Source: an uncultured virus (IMG/VR IMGVR_UViG_3300034374_006354)
Taxonomy: Duplodnaviria; Heunggongvirae; Uroviricota; Caudoviricetes
Virus record (IMG/VR): IMGVR_UViG_3300034374_006354
Length of the DNA: 64,000 nt
Direction: 5' to 3' (one strand)
This document shows, in pieces, positions 39,013 through 49,046 of the stretch. The position numbers were made by a program, and so were the translations under genes. The notes beneath the pieces were generated by a model. The model searched no databases, had not been told where the DNA came from, and saw nothing but the letters and a program-made list of their open reading frames with translations. The first letter of the stretch is position 1; each line of letters begins with the position of its first letter.

Positions 39013-42000
39013 TTAACGTAAGTTTTCACGATTATACTGATTTACCCCACCAGCAATTGTGGGAAGCATCTGTATAATTTCTTTCTTGGTTTGTCTAGAA
39101 ATATCACCAGTGATATGAATGTTATTTACTACTTGGTTTTGGCTATCAGACCTCATAGTATTACCTTTAGCAGCAGCAAAGAGTTCTGTTTGTTGAGCTT
39201 CTGTAAGAACCATTTCACCACCATTAAGTTTATGGTAACCTCCTCCATCTGGTACTAATCCTCCGTTATGGAAGAATAAACCAAAGAAAGAGCCAATACC
39301 GCTACCAATACTACTAAATAAACTTCCAAGAGTATTAGCGATACTTCCTAAGAATCCACCAAGCTTACCGATGAGTCCATCAAATATAGAACTAAATTTA
39401 GAAGTAAAGCTTTCAAATACTTGTTTGAAACCACCAGCAGCTTTCTCACCTCCGGACTCTACGCCACCCGCAGCGGTCTCTGCCGCGCTAGTGCCTTCCG
39501 CAGGGATTTCTCCTGTAGTAGAACCCGTAGGATCAGCACCCCCTTCCGGTAAACCTTCTGTTCCACCGGGAAGTGCGATATCTAGGGGGTCTCCTTTTCC
39601 ACCAGATCCTACAATCTGAACCCATAAAGGCTTAGCTGCAGATGAACCCAGAGCAGAAAGACCTTCTCCTATGTTCTCTCCTGTTTGTGTAACCTTTCCA
39701 AACAAGCCACTTAATCGTGATTGGAGACCACCTTGTCCTTCTTCACCACCAAATATACCTTCAGTGATACCAGCGGATAGGGACTCAATAACTTTGTCTC
39801 GGAAAGATTCAAACAAGTTAGTACCAAAATCACCTAGATCCGATTCTCCTTTAAGAAGACTAGTAAGCCCTCCTTGGAAATCATCTCTAAATTCTCCAGC
39901 TGCAACTTCCCCTTGTGTTTTGGAAAATTCACTAATTTGTTTAGTAAGAGCATTATTTTCATTTTGGAGTACTACTAGTTCTCCTAATCTACCAATAATA
40001 TCTTCCCCAATAACTCTTTGTTGAGTTAATAGGTCAAGAGATACAGGGAGTCCTTGTTTTGTTAACCTAGCTATCTCTTGTTGTACTTTATTACCTGATT
40101 CAAATAAGGCTAATAGGTTTTGAGTTTCTTTTGCATTATCATCAAGGAATTCCCTAAGTTTAGTAGTATCAATAACAGCATTAGGAGTATTCTCTTGAAT
40201 AAGATCCTTGATTGCTGCGGCAAAAGAAATAGTATCAAAGAACTCTTGAGTAGGTTCTTCATCTGGTTTATTGAACGAAGCAAGAGCATCTTGGAAGAAG
40301 GTTTTAACACTTGCTAAAAAGCCTGCAGCACTGCTAAAATTCTCTTCCCCAATTGCACTCTTAATCAAAACAGTTATAGACTCTAATAAAGAGTCAAGAA
40401 TATCACTGCTATTAATATTACCAGAATTTCCTACTAAACCACCAGTAGCAAACCTAGGGAGTCTACCTGTTCTGTTTAAGGCCTCCAAGAAAGGAAGGTA
40501 ACGACTAGCTACCCTTTCTCTAATTACATATTCTCCATTAGAGAGTAATACAGGGATATCGTCTGACGTTCCTGTCCCGGGTCCTATAACACGGCCACCC
40601 ATAGCGAAACCGGGATTGGAAGGGTTAGATCCAGATTCTACAGGGATTCTTTCTTGTCTCTGTTGAGCCCCAAAGAACCAAGTTTTAGCATCAAAAGCGG
40701 TTAAGGCTTCAATAATCTTCTTACCAATGTCCGTTCCGATAGCTACTATCTCTTCATAACCTTCAGCGAAGAAAGCGAAAAACTTCTTAGCAAAATTAGC
40801 AGCAATATCGTCCCATTCTCTTATATCGCCTATGGCTTCGAATAGCGCCTTCCCTATGTCACTACCTATTTGTCTAACAGTGGAACTTCTAAAAGCAGAT
40901 ACAACTGCTGCTGCCAAACTTGCTCCTACAAAGAAAGTAAGTAGACTAGATGCGCCTATAATTGTAGTAACAAACAGAGAGGCTGCCCTAAGCATAGCAG
41001 GTAATAACCCTACTGTCATAGTAGCAACCCAGGCCAGTGCTCCTTTAATACTGGCAGCAATTGTTCCTGCAGAAGTAATAGCTACGTATCTTGAACCCGC
41101 TAATATAGCGGTAGCTAATAGTTTAGTTCTAACAAGGAGCATAGCTTTCGCCCAACTAGCTACAATTAGTGTTCCGACTGGTTTTAATAAGATAGCTATA
41201 CCCCCAGGCGAGAACGCTAAGGCTGTAGCTGTAGCGAGAATCCCGCCAAGTCTACCTGCTATATAACCAAGTAATGAACTACCAATTACCTCACCAAGCC
41301 TATAGGTAGCTAAGGTTATAACAAATTGTTGTGCAGAGTTTGCACCTACCTTCCTAGCAAATTCAGTGGCTAAGAAAGAACCAGCGATACCACCGAATAC
41401 ACCACCAATGGAAGCACCAAGAGTACCTAGTGCAGCTGCACCTGCAGAAGCTGCTTTAGCGATTCTGCCAGTAGAGTCTCTATAGATATCACCAGAGAGT
41501 CTTACTTGGTCTCGTAAGGTTTGTTGTTGCCTTATGATACCTTTCTCAATCTTTTGAGATTCTTTTTTAGCAGCATCATATTGCTCTTGAGTAATTGTAC
41601 CTGATTTTAATTGCAGCTGAGAAGCCCTAGATGCTTCTTTAAGACCACCAAGGTCTGCTTCAAGTGTTGTTAACTGCTGTTCCAGACCTCTAAATGCTTC
41701 TGATCCTGCCCTAACACCCCTGGCTGCATATAGTGATGATGCGCCTGCTTCGGGATTAGGAAAGAGTAATCTAGAAAGACCACCACCACCTAGTCTAAGA
41801 GCTTCTTTACTGAAGTACAATGCAGTAAGGGTGCCTACTAGGTTTTCAGAAATAAATTCAATAGCATCTGCTAACAATCCCTCATCTACTCCAAATATTT
41901 GTGTAGATTGTTGAATAAGAGAGCCGATACCATCAGATACTTTTTGTAAGATATTGGTTTGTTTTCTTAATTCTTCTTCAAGAGGAATAGCATCATCGCC

Positions 42001-43770
42001 AAATAAATTCTCTTCTTCTAGTTGCTTAGAGAACCCTTTTAAAAACCCTCCTAGACCGATAGTAAGCGTAGCTAATACCGCGTTACCTGCTGCAGCAGCT
42101 GCAAGACCTATAAAGATAAGAATGGTTCCTGCAATACCAGAAATAGCATCAAGAGACACTCCGATTATTTGATCTGTGATTTGTCGGATTTTATCTCCAT
42201 ATTCTATATTAATAATAGCAGGAAGTAGCCTTATTAGAGTAATAGCCCTTTTTAAATCATCAATTACATCGTTAAGGACACCGCCAATATTGCTAGCAAA
42301 GTTTCCTATATATGACAAAACGGAACTTATAGTAGAGGAAGCGGAGGATAATGCATTATCTATAAAATCTGACCAGTATACTGCAGTTTGGTTAGCTAAC
42401 TTCTTAACACCTTCTCCGAACTTAGTGAGCTCACCATTTTCGTTTCTAATAGCGCTAATAAAGTCTCTAGTACTATTTGCAACTGCATTATGATTCGATA
42501 CTATTGCCTTTTTTATTCTAAACCAATATCCCTCTAAGATAAGTGTTGTTGCAGCTAACTCTAACTGAAATAAGAAACTAAAAGAGGTAAATAAGGGCAT
42601 ATCAAATACAATATCAACTATACTAGTAAATATAGCTAGAACAGCTAATTTAAAAGCAGTTAATATTGCTATTGCTTTAAATATTGTTTTAGACCAAGAA
42701 ATAACACCTATTATTAAATCTGGCCATACAGAGGCCCCCACTACATAGATATACAAATCATAAAAGATGTCTTTAACATCCTGAGCAAAATCTGAAATAT
42801 AGGAAGTAGCTTCTTTTAACCTATCTGTAAACCTAACCACCATACTTGTGATTCTATCAAAGGTATCAATAGGTAATTTAGCAAGATCATCAATAATCGG
42901 TGCCAATCTTAGTCTAATTAATAAGAATTCTGTTTGTAAAACTCTGAGTCTTACTGCTAAGGTTGACAACGTTTCCCCTATTGCCACCCCTAGTCTTTCA
43001 ATAACCGGTCCTAATCTACCGGTGTTTAATACTTTGAAGATATCATTAATGCCAACACCTATCTCCCTTCTTGCATTAGAGAATGCATTAGAGATAGTTA
43101 CATTAATCTTACTATATTCTTCATCAATTTCATCAGCAGCCCCAAGAAGTGCTCTCTGCACTACTCTAGCTGTCACTTTTCCTTGCTCTGCAAGCCTGCG
43201 TAGCTGACCTATATCTACGTCTAATTCTTTAGCAATTGCTTGAGCAATCCTAGGTGTACCCTCTAAGACAGAGTTTAATTCCTGTCCTCTAAGAACACCA
43301 GAGGCTAAACCTTGTTGTAACTGGATCAAAGAACCGCTAATAGTTTGAGCGGAACCCCCACCAATCTTAGCTGCTTTTAAAAGAACCTCTGTTAGTTTAA
43401 GTGATTCGTCAGCGGATAATTTAGTATTCCTAGCAAGAGAAGAATATAAGTTTGTTGTTTCTTCTAATTGTACTCTAACTCTTCGTGAGGTATTTAACAG
43501 TTTTGTTTGTGTTACAATGAGCCTGTTAGTTCTACCTGTGGTCAAAGCAATTTGGTTATTAATTCTAGTAAAACTATCCGTTACTCCTTTAAGCCCCGCT
43601 GCACCTACAAGAGCGGTTGCTCCCGCTGCTAGTATAGTAAATGTAGTAGATAAAGTACTACTAGTCCTTTCTGCACTGTCAGCGATTCTGTCAACAGATT
43701 TATTAAGCCTATTAAGGTCAGACTGGGCTTGTTTGGAATTGGAAGTTATCTCAATTTCTAAAGCCATCAA
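39013..43770 (-). CDS. Tail tape measure protein
   Basis: 1585 aa, helical; QLQQGLASGVLRGQELNSVLE tape-measure motif; FAMGG..GPGTGTSDDIP..LSNGEYV. Confidence 0.92.
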   Translation of the reverse strand: MMALEIEITSNSKQAQSDLNRLNKSVDRIADSAERTSSTLSTTFTILAAGATALVGAAGLKGVTDSFTRINNQIALTTGRTNRLIVTQTKLLNTSRRVRVQLEETTNLYSSLARNTKLSADESLKLTEVLLKAAKIGGGSAQTISGSLIQLQQGLASGVLRGQELNSVLEGTPRIAQAIAKELDVDIGQLRRLAEQGKVTARVVQRALLGAADEIDEEYSKINVTISNAFSNARREIGVGINDIFKVLNTGRLGPVIERLGVAIGETLSTLAVRLRVLQTEFLLIRLRLAPIIDDLAKLPIDTFDRITSMVVRFTDRLKEATSYISDFAQDVKDIFYDLYIYVVGASVWPDLIIGVISWSKTIFKAIAILTAFKLAVLAIFTSIVDIVFDMPLFTSFSFLFQLELAATTLILEGYWFRIKKAIVSNHNAVANSTRDFISAIRNENGELTKFGEGVKKLANQTAVYWSDFIDNALSSASSTISSVLSYIGNFASNIGGVLNDVIDDLKRAITLIRLLPAIINIEYGDKIRQITDQIIGVSLDAISGIAGTILIFIGLAAAAAGNAVLATLTIGLGGFLKGFSKQLEEENLFGDDAIPLEEELRKQTNILQKVSDGIGSLIQQSTQIFGVDEGLLADAIEFISENLVGTLTALYFSKEALRLGGGGLSRLLFPNPEAGASSLYAARGVRAGSEAFRGLEQQLTTLEADLGGLKEASRASQLQLKSGTITQEQYDAAKKESQKIEKGIIRQQQTLRDQVRLSGDIYRDSTGRIAKAASAGAAALGTLGASIGGVFGGIAGSFLATEFARKVGANSAQQFVITLATYRLGEVIGSSLLGYIAGRLGGILATATALAFSPGGIAILLKPVGTLIVASWAKAMLLVRTKLLATAILAGSRYVAITSAGTIAASIKGALAWVATMTVGLLPAMLRAASLFVTTIIGASSLLTFFVGASLAAAVVSAFRSSTVRQIGSDIGKALFEAIGDIREWDDIAANFAKKFFAFFAEGYEEIVAIGTDIGKKIIEALTAFDAKTWFFGAQQRQERIPVESGSNPSNPGFAMGGRVIGPGTGTSDDIPVLLSNGEYVIRERVASRYLPFLEALNRTGRLPRFATGGLVGNSGNINSSDILDSLLESITVLIKSAIGEENFSSAAGFLASVKTFFQDALASFNKPDEEPTQEFFDTISFAAAIKDLIQENTPNAVIDTTKLREFLDDNAKETQNLLALFESGNKVQQEIARLTKQGLPVSLDLLTQQRVIGEDIIGRLGELVVLQNENNALTKQISEFSKTQGEVAAGEFRDDFQGGLTSLLKGESDLGDFGTNLFESFRDKVIESLSAGITEGIFGGEEGQGGLQSRLSGLFGKVTQTGENIGEGLSALGSSAAKPLWVQIVGSGGKGDPLDIALPGGTEGLPEGGADPTGSTTGEIPAEGTSAAETAAGGVESGGEKAAGGFKQVFESFTSKFSSIFDGLIGKLGGFLGSIANTLGSLFSSIGSGIGSFFGLFFHNGGLVPDGGGYHKLNGGEMVLTEAQQTELFAAAKGNTMRSDSQNQVVNNIHITGDISRQTKKEIIQMLPTIAGGVNQYNRENLR

Positions 43771-43840
43771 GCTCTCCTAATAAAATACCCCTTTGGTAGA
43801 TACATTTTGGAATGCAATCTGCCATTGGGGTAGAATGATA

Positions 43841-44239
43841 TTATCTCCTTCTAACAAAATTACCAGATACTTCAAAGTACTTAGAGATAGTTCTCTCGAT
43901 AAACCTAGCCGGAGCTTGTCTAGAGGAACCTGCATTAAGTTGTTGAATATAAGGTGTTCCGTTAGTGATATATAATGTTTCTATTTTGTTTTTTGGTATA
44001 GGGCCTAAAACACTAACTGAAACATTAGTATCTGTAGAAATTTTGTTCACAAGTTGTGCATTCTTACTAAGTAGCCAAGAGCTTCTAGCTCTCCCTGTAT
44101 CTACTGGAGTAACTTGCACTAGTTCAGAAGTAGCAGCTAAGGCACCAGATCTTTGTGCTTGGTTTATAAGTACAATTATCTCTTCATCTAGTTCATCAAA
44201 GGTGTCTTTAACCCCTTTAATCTTAACCTCAACTGCCAT
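43841..44239 (-). CDS. HK97 gp10-like tail completion protein
   Basis: TPVDTGRARSSW and N.TPYI..LN.GSSRQAP. Confidence 0.8.
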   Translation of the reverse strand: MAVEVKIKGVKDTFDELDEEIIVLINQAQRSGALAATSELVQVTPVDTGRARSSWLLSKNAQLVNKISTDTNVSVSVLGPIPKNKIETLYITNGTPYIQQLNAGSSRQAPARFIERTISKYFEVSGNFVRRR

Positions 44240-44579
44240 TTTCTTCTCCTTTACCTTTCATAGCTTGGGCAAACTTCATACCGAATACTGAAGACTTTAA
44301 TGAAGACACCATAGCTTCTTCTTCTGGTCTTTCACTATCATATGAGTCTACTGCAGCTAATGAAGGAAATAATTCTTTAGGTGATTTCTTTACTCCCTGA
44401 ACAGTCAATAGTTTGGCGGTTCTATTATCTTCTCGCCACCCTATTGGCCTTGCTTGGAAATATTTAGACCACTTTCTTAATTCCTCCGCTGGCATTTCAT
44501 TTTCTATTATGTATACTGGGATCCCTAAATGGAATGCCAAATCATATAAGAATAAATCAGCGGAGCTTAGTCGTTTCCC
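44229..44579 (-). CDS. Tail assembly chaperone GT C-terminal part, reached by -1 frameshift
   Basis: The -1 frame from GGGAAAC (44579-44573) reads GKRLSSADLFLYDLAFHLG..., continuous with ORF 44229-44540. Confidence 0.8.
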   Translation of the reverse strand, partial: GKRLSSADLFLYDLAFHLGIPVYIIENEMPAEELRKWSKYFQARPIGWREDNRTAKLLTVQGVKKSPKELFPSLAAVDSYDSERPEEEAMVSSLKSSVFGMKFAQAMKGKGEENGS

Positions 44580-44863
44580 TGTTCTGATGGGGCTTCTACA
44601 CCCATGATTCCTTCTGAGAGCTTAGTAAGCTCAGTAACAGGAAAATCATCAATTTCGTCATCAGTAAGGTCTTCTGCTCCAATAACCGCTTTTCGAATAA
44701 CAAACCGAAGCAAGTCTAATTGAGCTTTAGGATCGTCCTCTTTAGCTTTCTTAGTTTTGGCTTCAATTTCTTTAGCGTCGGCGACTGTAAGAACCTTCAC
44801 TTCAACTTCACCGTCCATAAACGGGAGTTTCTTAGTCATTTTACGACCTACAAATTCTTTCAT
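44567..44863 (-). CDS. Tail assembly chaperone G
   Basis: Between the major tail and tape measure genes; ends at slippery G GGA AAC. Confidence 0.8.
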   Translation of the reverse strand: MKEFVGRKMTKKLPFMDGEVEVKVLTVADAKEIEAKTKKAKEDDPKAQLDLLRFVIRKAVIGAEDLTDDEIDDFPVTELTKLSEGIMGVEAPSEQGND

Positions 44864-44872
44864 TATTTTATC

Positions 44873-45115
44873 CTAATTAAATAGATGTTCATTATTTGCT
44901 TTAAATTCGTCTAAGAGAGTATGCATCTTATTGAGTACATCGAGTGTCTCAAAGATTTCCTGTCGCTTAGAAAGTTGTTCCGGATCTTGTTCATCAGAGA
45001 AATCTTTATACCGATCAAAGGTTTTCCTTGATGAAAAATCAATATCTTTCTTCATATTCCTTAACGTTGTCGTAAGGACAAAAGACTTATCAAAAGGAGG
45101 TTTTCTATCTTCCAT
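44873..45115 (-). CDS. hypothetical protein
   Basis: 80-aa ORF with AGGA SD. Confidence 0.6.
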   Translation of the reverse strand: MEDRKPPFDKSFVLTTTLRNMKKDIDFSSRKTFDRYKDFSDEQDPEQLSKRQEIFETLDVLNKMHTLLDEFKANNEHLFN

Positions 45116-45134
45116 TTTAGTATCCTGTATTATG

Positions 45135-45153
45135 AAAGGGCTCCGAAGAGCCC
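45135..45153 (-). terminator. Hairpin/terminator after the major tail gene
   Basis: GGGCUC-UUCG-GAGCCC followed by UUU. Confidence 0.6.
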
Positions 45154-45168
45154 CCTCATTATTCTTTA

Positions 45169-45777
45169 TTAAGGCAGAGCGTACGTAGACGTAGTAGTAC
45201 CAGCAACCAGAGAGAAAGGACCGTTAAAGTCACCATCAATCGTAAGGGTCATCGTGGCCTGCATAGAATCCGTCAGCCCGGGTTGTACTTCGAAAGAAGC
45301 AACCGTGCCAAAGAAATAAAAGTCATCAAACAGATCAGCGTTATCTGCCGTGATTACACCGTTACCATCCGTAGCTAGGTCGGAGTCAGTTACACGAACG
45401 CGGAAGCAGCAACGAGTACCCGCTTTACGCAGAGTATCAATTGCAGCGTGATCTGAAGGTACATAGTTCAGAGAGAATTCCAAAGAAGGAGCATCTGACT
45501 GACCAGCAACCTGAGATGACGTAGCCTGGCCATAGACAGGTACGTTTACAACGTTAGCAGGAGTACCCAGAGAAGGGAATTCCCGAATGTTACCTACGTG
45601 AACTACTGCGCCCTCAATGGTTTCGTCAGTAGCTACTTGAGTAGCAAGAATAGTCGCGCTATTCGATACAAACAAGGCGTGGAGAGTACCAGCACTGTCC
45701 AGCGCATCATTTGCCGTATTAGGTACGTAGTCCAGAGTACTGAACTTAGACGCACTAATTGAAGTAATGTGTGCCAT
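45169..45777 (-). CDS. Major tail (tube) protein
   Basis: VGNIREFPSLGTPAN...GQSDAPSLEFSLNYVP; synteny. Confidence 0.8.
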   Translation of the reverse strand: MAHITSISASKFSTLDYVPNTANDALDSAGTLHALFVSNSATILATQVATDETIEGAVVHVGNIREFPSLGTPANVVNVPVYGQATSSQVAGQSDAPSLEFSLNYVPSDHAAIDTLRKAGTRCCFRVRVTDSDLATDGNGVITADNADLFDDFYFFGTVASFEVQPGLTDSMQATMTLTIDGDFNGPFSLVAGTTTSTYALP

Positions 45778-45792
45778 TATTTGTTAACCTCG

Positions 45793-46188
45793 TTAGTTAA
45801 AAAATTTAAAATCGACTTCATAATCCCCTCTAAACAAAGAAGGGTTGTCGCTATCTGGACCCATAATATTAAGCCTGCTTGCAGCTGTTTTAGTGCCGTT
45901 AGTTAGGGTCTTGTTCTCTAAGAGAGTATCTAGGGAGTCTGCGATTTCCATTAGACGTTTAGAACCCTGATCTGCAGGAACATAGATTTGTACGATAACA
46001 AAACCTGAGATTCCTGATCTAGAATAAGATTGATCAGTTTTCAATGGAAGATATTCTACTTTTACAAATTCGGTATCTGTACTTGGGATTTGATAATTTA
46101 CAGGGTAAGCAGAGATGTTTAAAGATGTCCACGTTGAACTGGCGAACAGAGCCTCAATGTCTCTTTGTGAATCTACATATTTAGCCAT
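45793..46188 (-). CDS. tail terminator-like protein
   Basis: G.VIVQIYVP..G...IAD.L pattern; synteny. Confidence 0.65.
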   Translation of the reverse strand: MAKYVDSQRDIEALFASSTWTSLNISAYPVNYQIPSTDTEFVKVEYLPLKTDQSYSRSGISGFVIVQIYVPADQGSKRLMEIADSLDTLLENKTLTNGTKTAASRLNIMGPDSDNPSLFRGDYEVDFKFFN

Positions 46189-46536
46189 TTAACCCTCCGT
46201 TACTTGCATTACAATTAATCCAGGTTCCAGCTTGTAAGACAAGATAGAATAATCCTGAGAACTAATAGTAATAGTATCATAAAGTTTAGGGTCAGGCAAG
46301 TCAGATTCTTTTATATAAACTTCCTTAATCGGTGTGTTCTTAGATTCAGTGTTATTCTCTTCCTGAGCAATAACAATAGCGGTGACAAACGTCTCCGTTT
46401 CTGTAGCAGTAGCCACACCTGTTGAAAAATTATATGATCTACCAGATTGGGTTTTAAGAGTAACCGTTTCTGCTAAATCTCCTACTCCTTTAAAAGCGAG
46501 ATTGACAGCTGTAGTAATCTTTGATCTTATAGACAT
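46189..46536 (-). CDS. head closure protein-like
   Basis: Synteny and size. Confidence 0.6.
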   Translation of the reverse strand: MSIRSKITTAVNLAFKGVGDLAETVTLKTQSGRSYNFSTGVATATETETFVTAIVIAQEENNTESKNTPIKEVYIKESDLPDPKLYDTITISSQDYSILSYKLEPGLIVMQVTEG

Positions 46537-46539
46537 AAA

Positions 46540-47061
46540 TTACCACCCGCTTCGCCAATATCTACCGCTTCCTCTGAGAATAGGTTTTAAGAATCTACGA
46601 ATGCTACTAGGAAACAGTGATGCGTTCTGCACCTCTGTAATCTCAATAGATCCCACCTTGATGTTTTCAAACGATCCAGTACGATCCCATAATCCGTCAT
46701 TATTGATTAAATGATATGCCAATTCATAGGTTGCCCTACGAATTAATTGGATATCTCTATTAAGACTAGATTCTGTTTCATCGTTATCCGCAGTAAAAGT
46801 ATAAGTAGAGCTGAATTCATCTTGGACCCCCCGGCTGGTATCTCTGAAAGATCCAGCGCGAGGGAATGCGAGTAATTGGGAGGTATCAGCTACCTTTCCC
46901 AAATAATCCATTTCATCCAAGTAAGAAGTAGCAGTAATAAGAGCCTGCTCCTTCAAATCACAATCAGCGTTATCCCATGCTGCAACGTCCATGCGATCAT
47001 CGAAGTAACTGTCAGCCTCGTTCAAGGTGACATAACAGTTAGTACCCTTTACTAGTGCCAT
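46540..47061 (-). CDS. head-tail adaptor
   Basis: YVTLNEADSYF...KEQALITATSYLD...LAFPR...IKVGSI; follows the capsid gene. Confidence 0.75.
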   Translation of the reverse strand: MALVKGTNCYVTLNEADSYFDDRMDVAAWDNADCDLKEQALITATSYLDEMDYLGKVADTSQLLAFPRAGSFRDTSRGVQDEFSSTYTFTADNDETESSLNRDIQLIRRATYELAYHLINNDGLWDRTGSFENIKVGSIEITEVQNASLFPSSIRRFLKPILRGSGRYWRSGW

Positions 47062-47083
47062 AGTCAGTTACCTCCTATGATGA

Positions 47084-48271
47084 TTAAATGTGGAAGATAG
47101 GCAGAATGCCGAGGTTAAGCAGATCGACTTTACGGTCCCAAGTAGGCGTAGCTGCAGAGCCAGCCAGCGTAGCGTTAGTTGCAAACGCAGTGCTTGTGCC
47201 GGTGAAGCTATAGCCGCGAGGATGCATTACGTAACCCCAACGGTACCAAGCAGTCGTACGACCAGAACCCATACCAACGTGTTCGTTGCGATCAACAGCA
47301 ACAGGGTTGGGTACTGATACGTTATGCATGAATACAGAACCAGGGAGCATCATAAAGGAGCACTTCAGCGTAGTCATCTGAGTTACACCAGACAGACCAG
47401 CATAAGTTACCGTACCAAGAGAAACAGCAAAGTTTCGTGATACGATCAGTCGAACAACACCACCAAGGATAGTTTCGAAAGAAACGTTACCGTCGACAAC
47501 ACGCTCGTCGTCTACGAGGTTAGCAACCTTGACATCGAGGTAATCTTCAGGAGAGATAACCATGTATACGAAGTCAGGAGTATAATCAGACCATGCACCC
47601 ATTGCGCGAATAATGTGCTCAACGCGACGACCGGGAACAGTCTGAGTCAGGTCAACCAGACCTTCAATAGAAGAACCAGTACCAACCGTGTCAGAGCTAG
47701 ATGCTACATAACCGAAAGCCTTAGAGCCATCAGCGTCAACAGAGTTACCAGCCCATGCTTCTGTATAGTTGGTAGGGGCCAAATCATTAGCAGTCTTGAG
47801 TTCGGCGTTCATTACACCATTCAGGACTGAACGGAGAGCTTGGTCTTCGTCTTCTGAACGAGTCTCAGCGAAGTCACGAGCAATCTTGCCCAGACCGTCT
47901 TCACCCGAGATTACAGACTGAACCATGTACTCGTTAGCACCGTGGGTACGAACCGTCTTAATGTAGGTCTGTACTTCAGTGCTGATGTTCGTGGTCTTAC
48001 CGTAGTCTTCGTTCTGAGAAGCAACGTTAACAACAGCGTTTGAGCTACCTGTTACGTCTTCACTAGCACCACCAGTAGCGCCTACAGCGTAGGCACCAAG
48101 AGGCTTGTAGAAGCGAACCTGACCGATAAAGTCTTCGCCGTTAGGATTAATCTGAGCGTCAGAACCTACGAGAGCAGTACCAACGATCTTCTTAGCTCGA
48201 GTGTACATTTCATCAGTGTAACCCGAGATTGCTTTATTAAGTGTGCCAAATGCACTTGAGGAAATTGCCAT
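47084..48271 (-). CDS. Major capsid protein
   Basis: 395 aa after the scaffold gene; biased codon usage; YVMHPRGYSF C-terminal motif. Confidence 0.8.
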   Translation of the reverse strand: MAISSSAFGTLNKAISGYTDEMYTRAKKIVGTALVGSDAQINPNGEDFIGQVRFYKPLGAYAVGATGGASEDVTGSSNAVVNVASQNEDYGKTTNISTEVQTYIKTVRTHGANEYMVQSVISGEDGLGKIARDFAETRSEDEDQALRSVLNGVMNAELKTANDLAPTNYTEAWAGNSVDADGSKAFGYVASSSDTVGTGSSIEGLVDLTQTVPGRRVEHIIRAMGAWSDYTPDFVYMVISPEDYLDVKVANLVDDERVVDGNVSFETILGGVVRLIVSRNFAVSLGTVTYAGLSGVTQMTTLKCSFMMLPGSVFMHNVSVPNPVAVDRNEHVGMGSGRTTAWYRWGYVMHPRGYSFTGTSTAFATNATLAGSAATPTWDRKVDLLNLGILPIFHI

Positions 48272-48302
48272 TATTTAGTCTCCAATCGAGAAAAATTAAA
48301 TG

Positions 48303-48998
48303 TTACTGCCACTTCCCTGTTCCATCGAATCGACCTGCTGCGGCTGCAGCCATAATTTCTTCGGTAGACATTTCTTCTAGTGGCTTATTATGATCAAACC
48401 CTTGACCGGACTGTGTAATATTCTCTTGTCCAGAGCCAGAGGATTGTTTTGGTTTAAATAAGAACTCTTTGTCTTCGTCTTTGCGGAAAGATTCGATGAA
48501 ATCTTTAACGGAAGCGCCAGTACGGTGAACCCACTGACCTTTCTCGTCTTGAACAAGTTGAGATACGACATCTTTGTAAGCAAAGTCTGCTGCAGTGTCG
48601 TTTCTGAAATCCAAGCCTTTGAGAGCATTCCTCACGACATTATCGCGAGTAAGTTCAGTAATCTGCTTGTCTTTCTCTGCGAGTCGTGCAGTCAGTTCTG
48701 CCAACTTAAGATCGGCGGCTTCTTTATGTTTACCCTCTTCTTCGAGTTGTTGAATCTCTCGTTGCTTTCTTTCTTCCTCGTATGCAACAGCCTTTCGGAC
48801 TGCTTCATCACGGGCTTCATAAGCAGCATCAAGTTTTTCCTTGATACCTGAGAGTTCTTCATTAACCCTAGCTTCAACAATCTTCGCTAGCTCTTCACTA
48901 GACGGAGTATCATTTTGGCTTTGGGAATTCTCATCATCCCCTTGAGAGTTTTGGTTTTCATCTAATTCTTTTTGTGACATTTTAAGCTCCTTGGGCAC
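48303..48998 (-). CDS. Capsid scaffolding protein (start probably MSQK near 48980)
   Basis: Acidic coiled-coil protein directly upstream of the capsid gene. Confidence 0.75.
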   Translation of the reverse strand: MPKELKMSQKELDENQNSQGDDENSQSQNDTPSSEELAKIVEARVNEELSGIKEKLDAAYEARDEAVRKAVAYEEERKQREIQQLEEEGKHKEAADLKLAELTARLAEKDKQITELTRDNVVRNALKGLDFRNDTAADFAYKDVVSQLVQDEKGQWVHRTGASVKDFIESFRKDEDKEFLFKPKQSSGSGQENITQSGQGFDHNKPLEEMSTEEIMAAAAAGRFDGTGKWQ

Positions 48999-49046
48999 GG
49001 CCCAGTAATTTCGTTTTAGGTCACAGACCTTTAAATATAAAATAGG

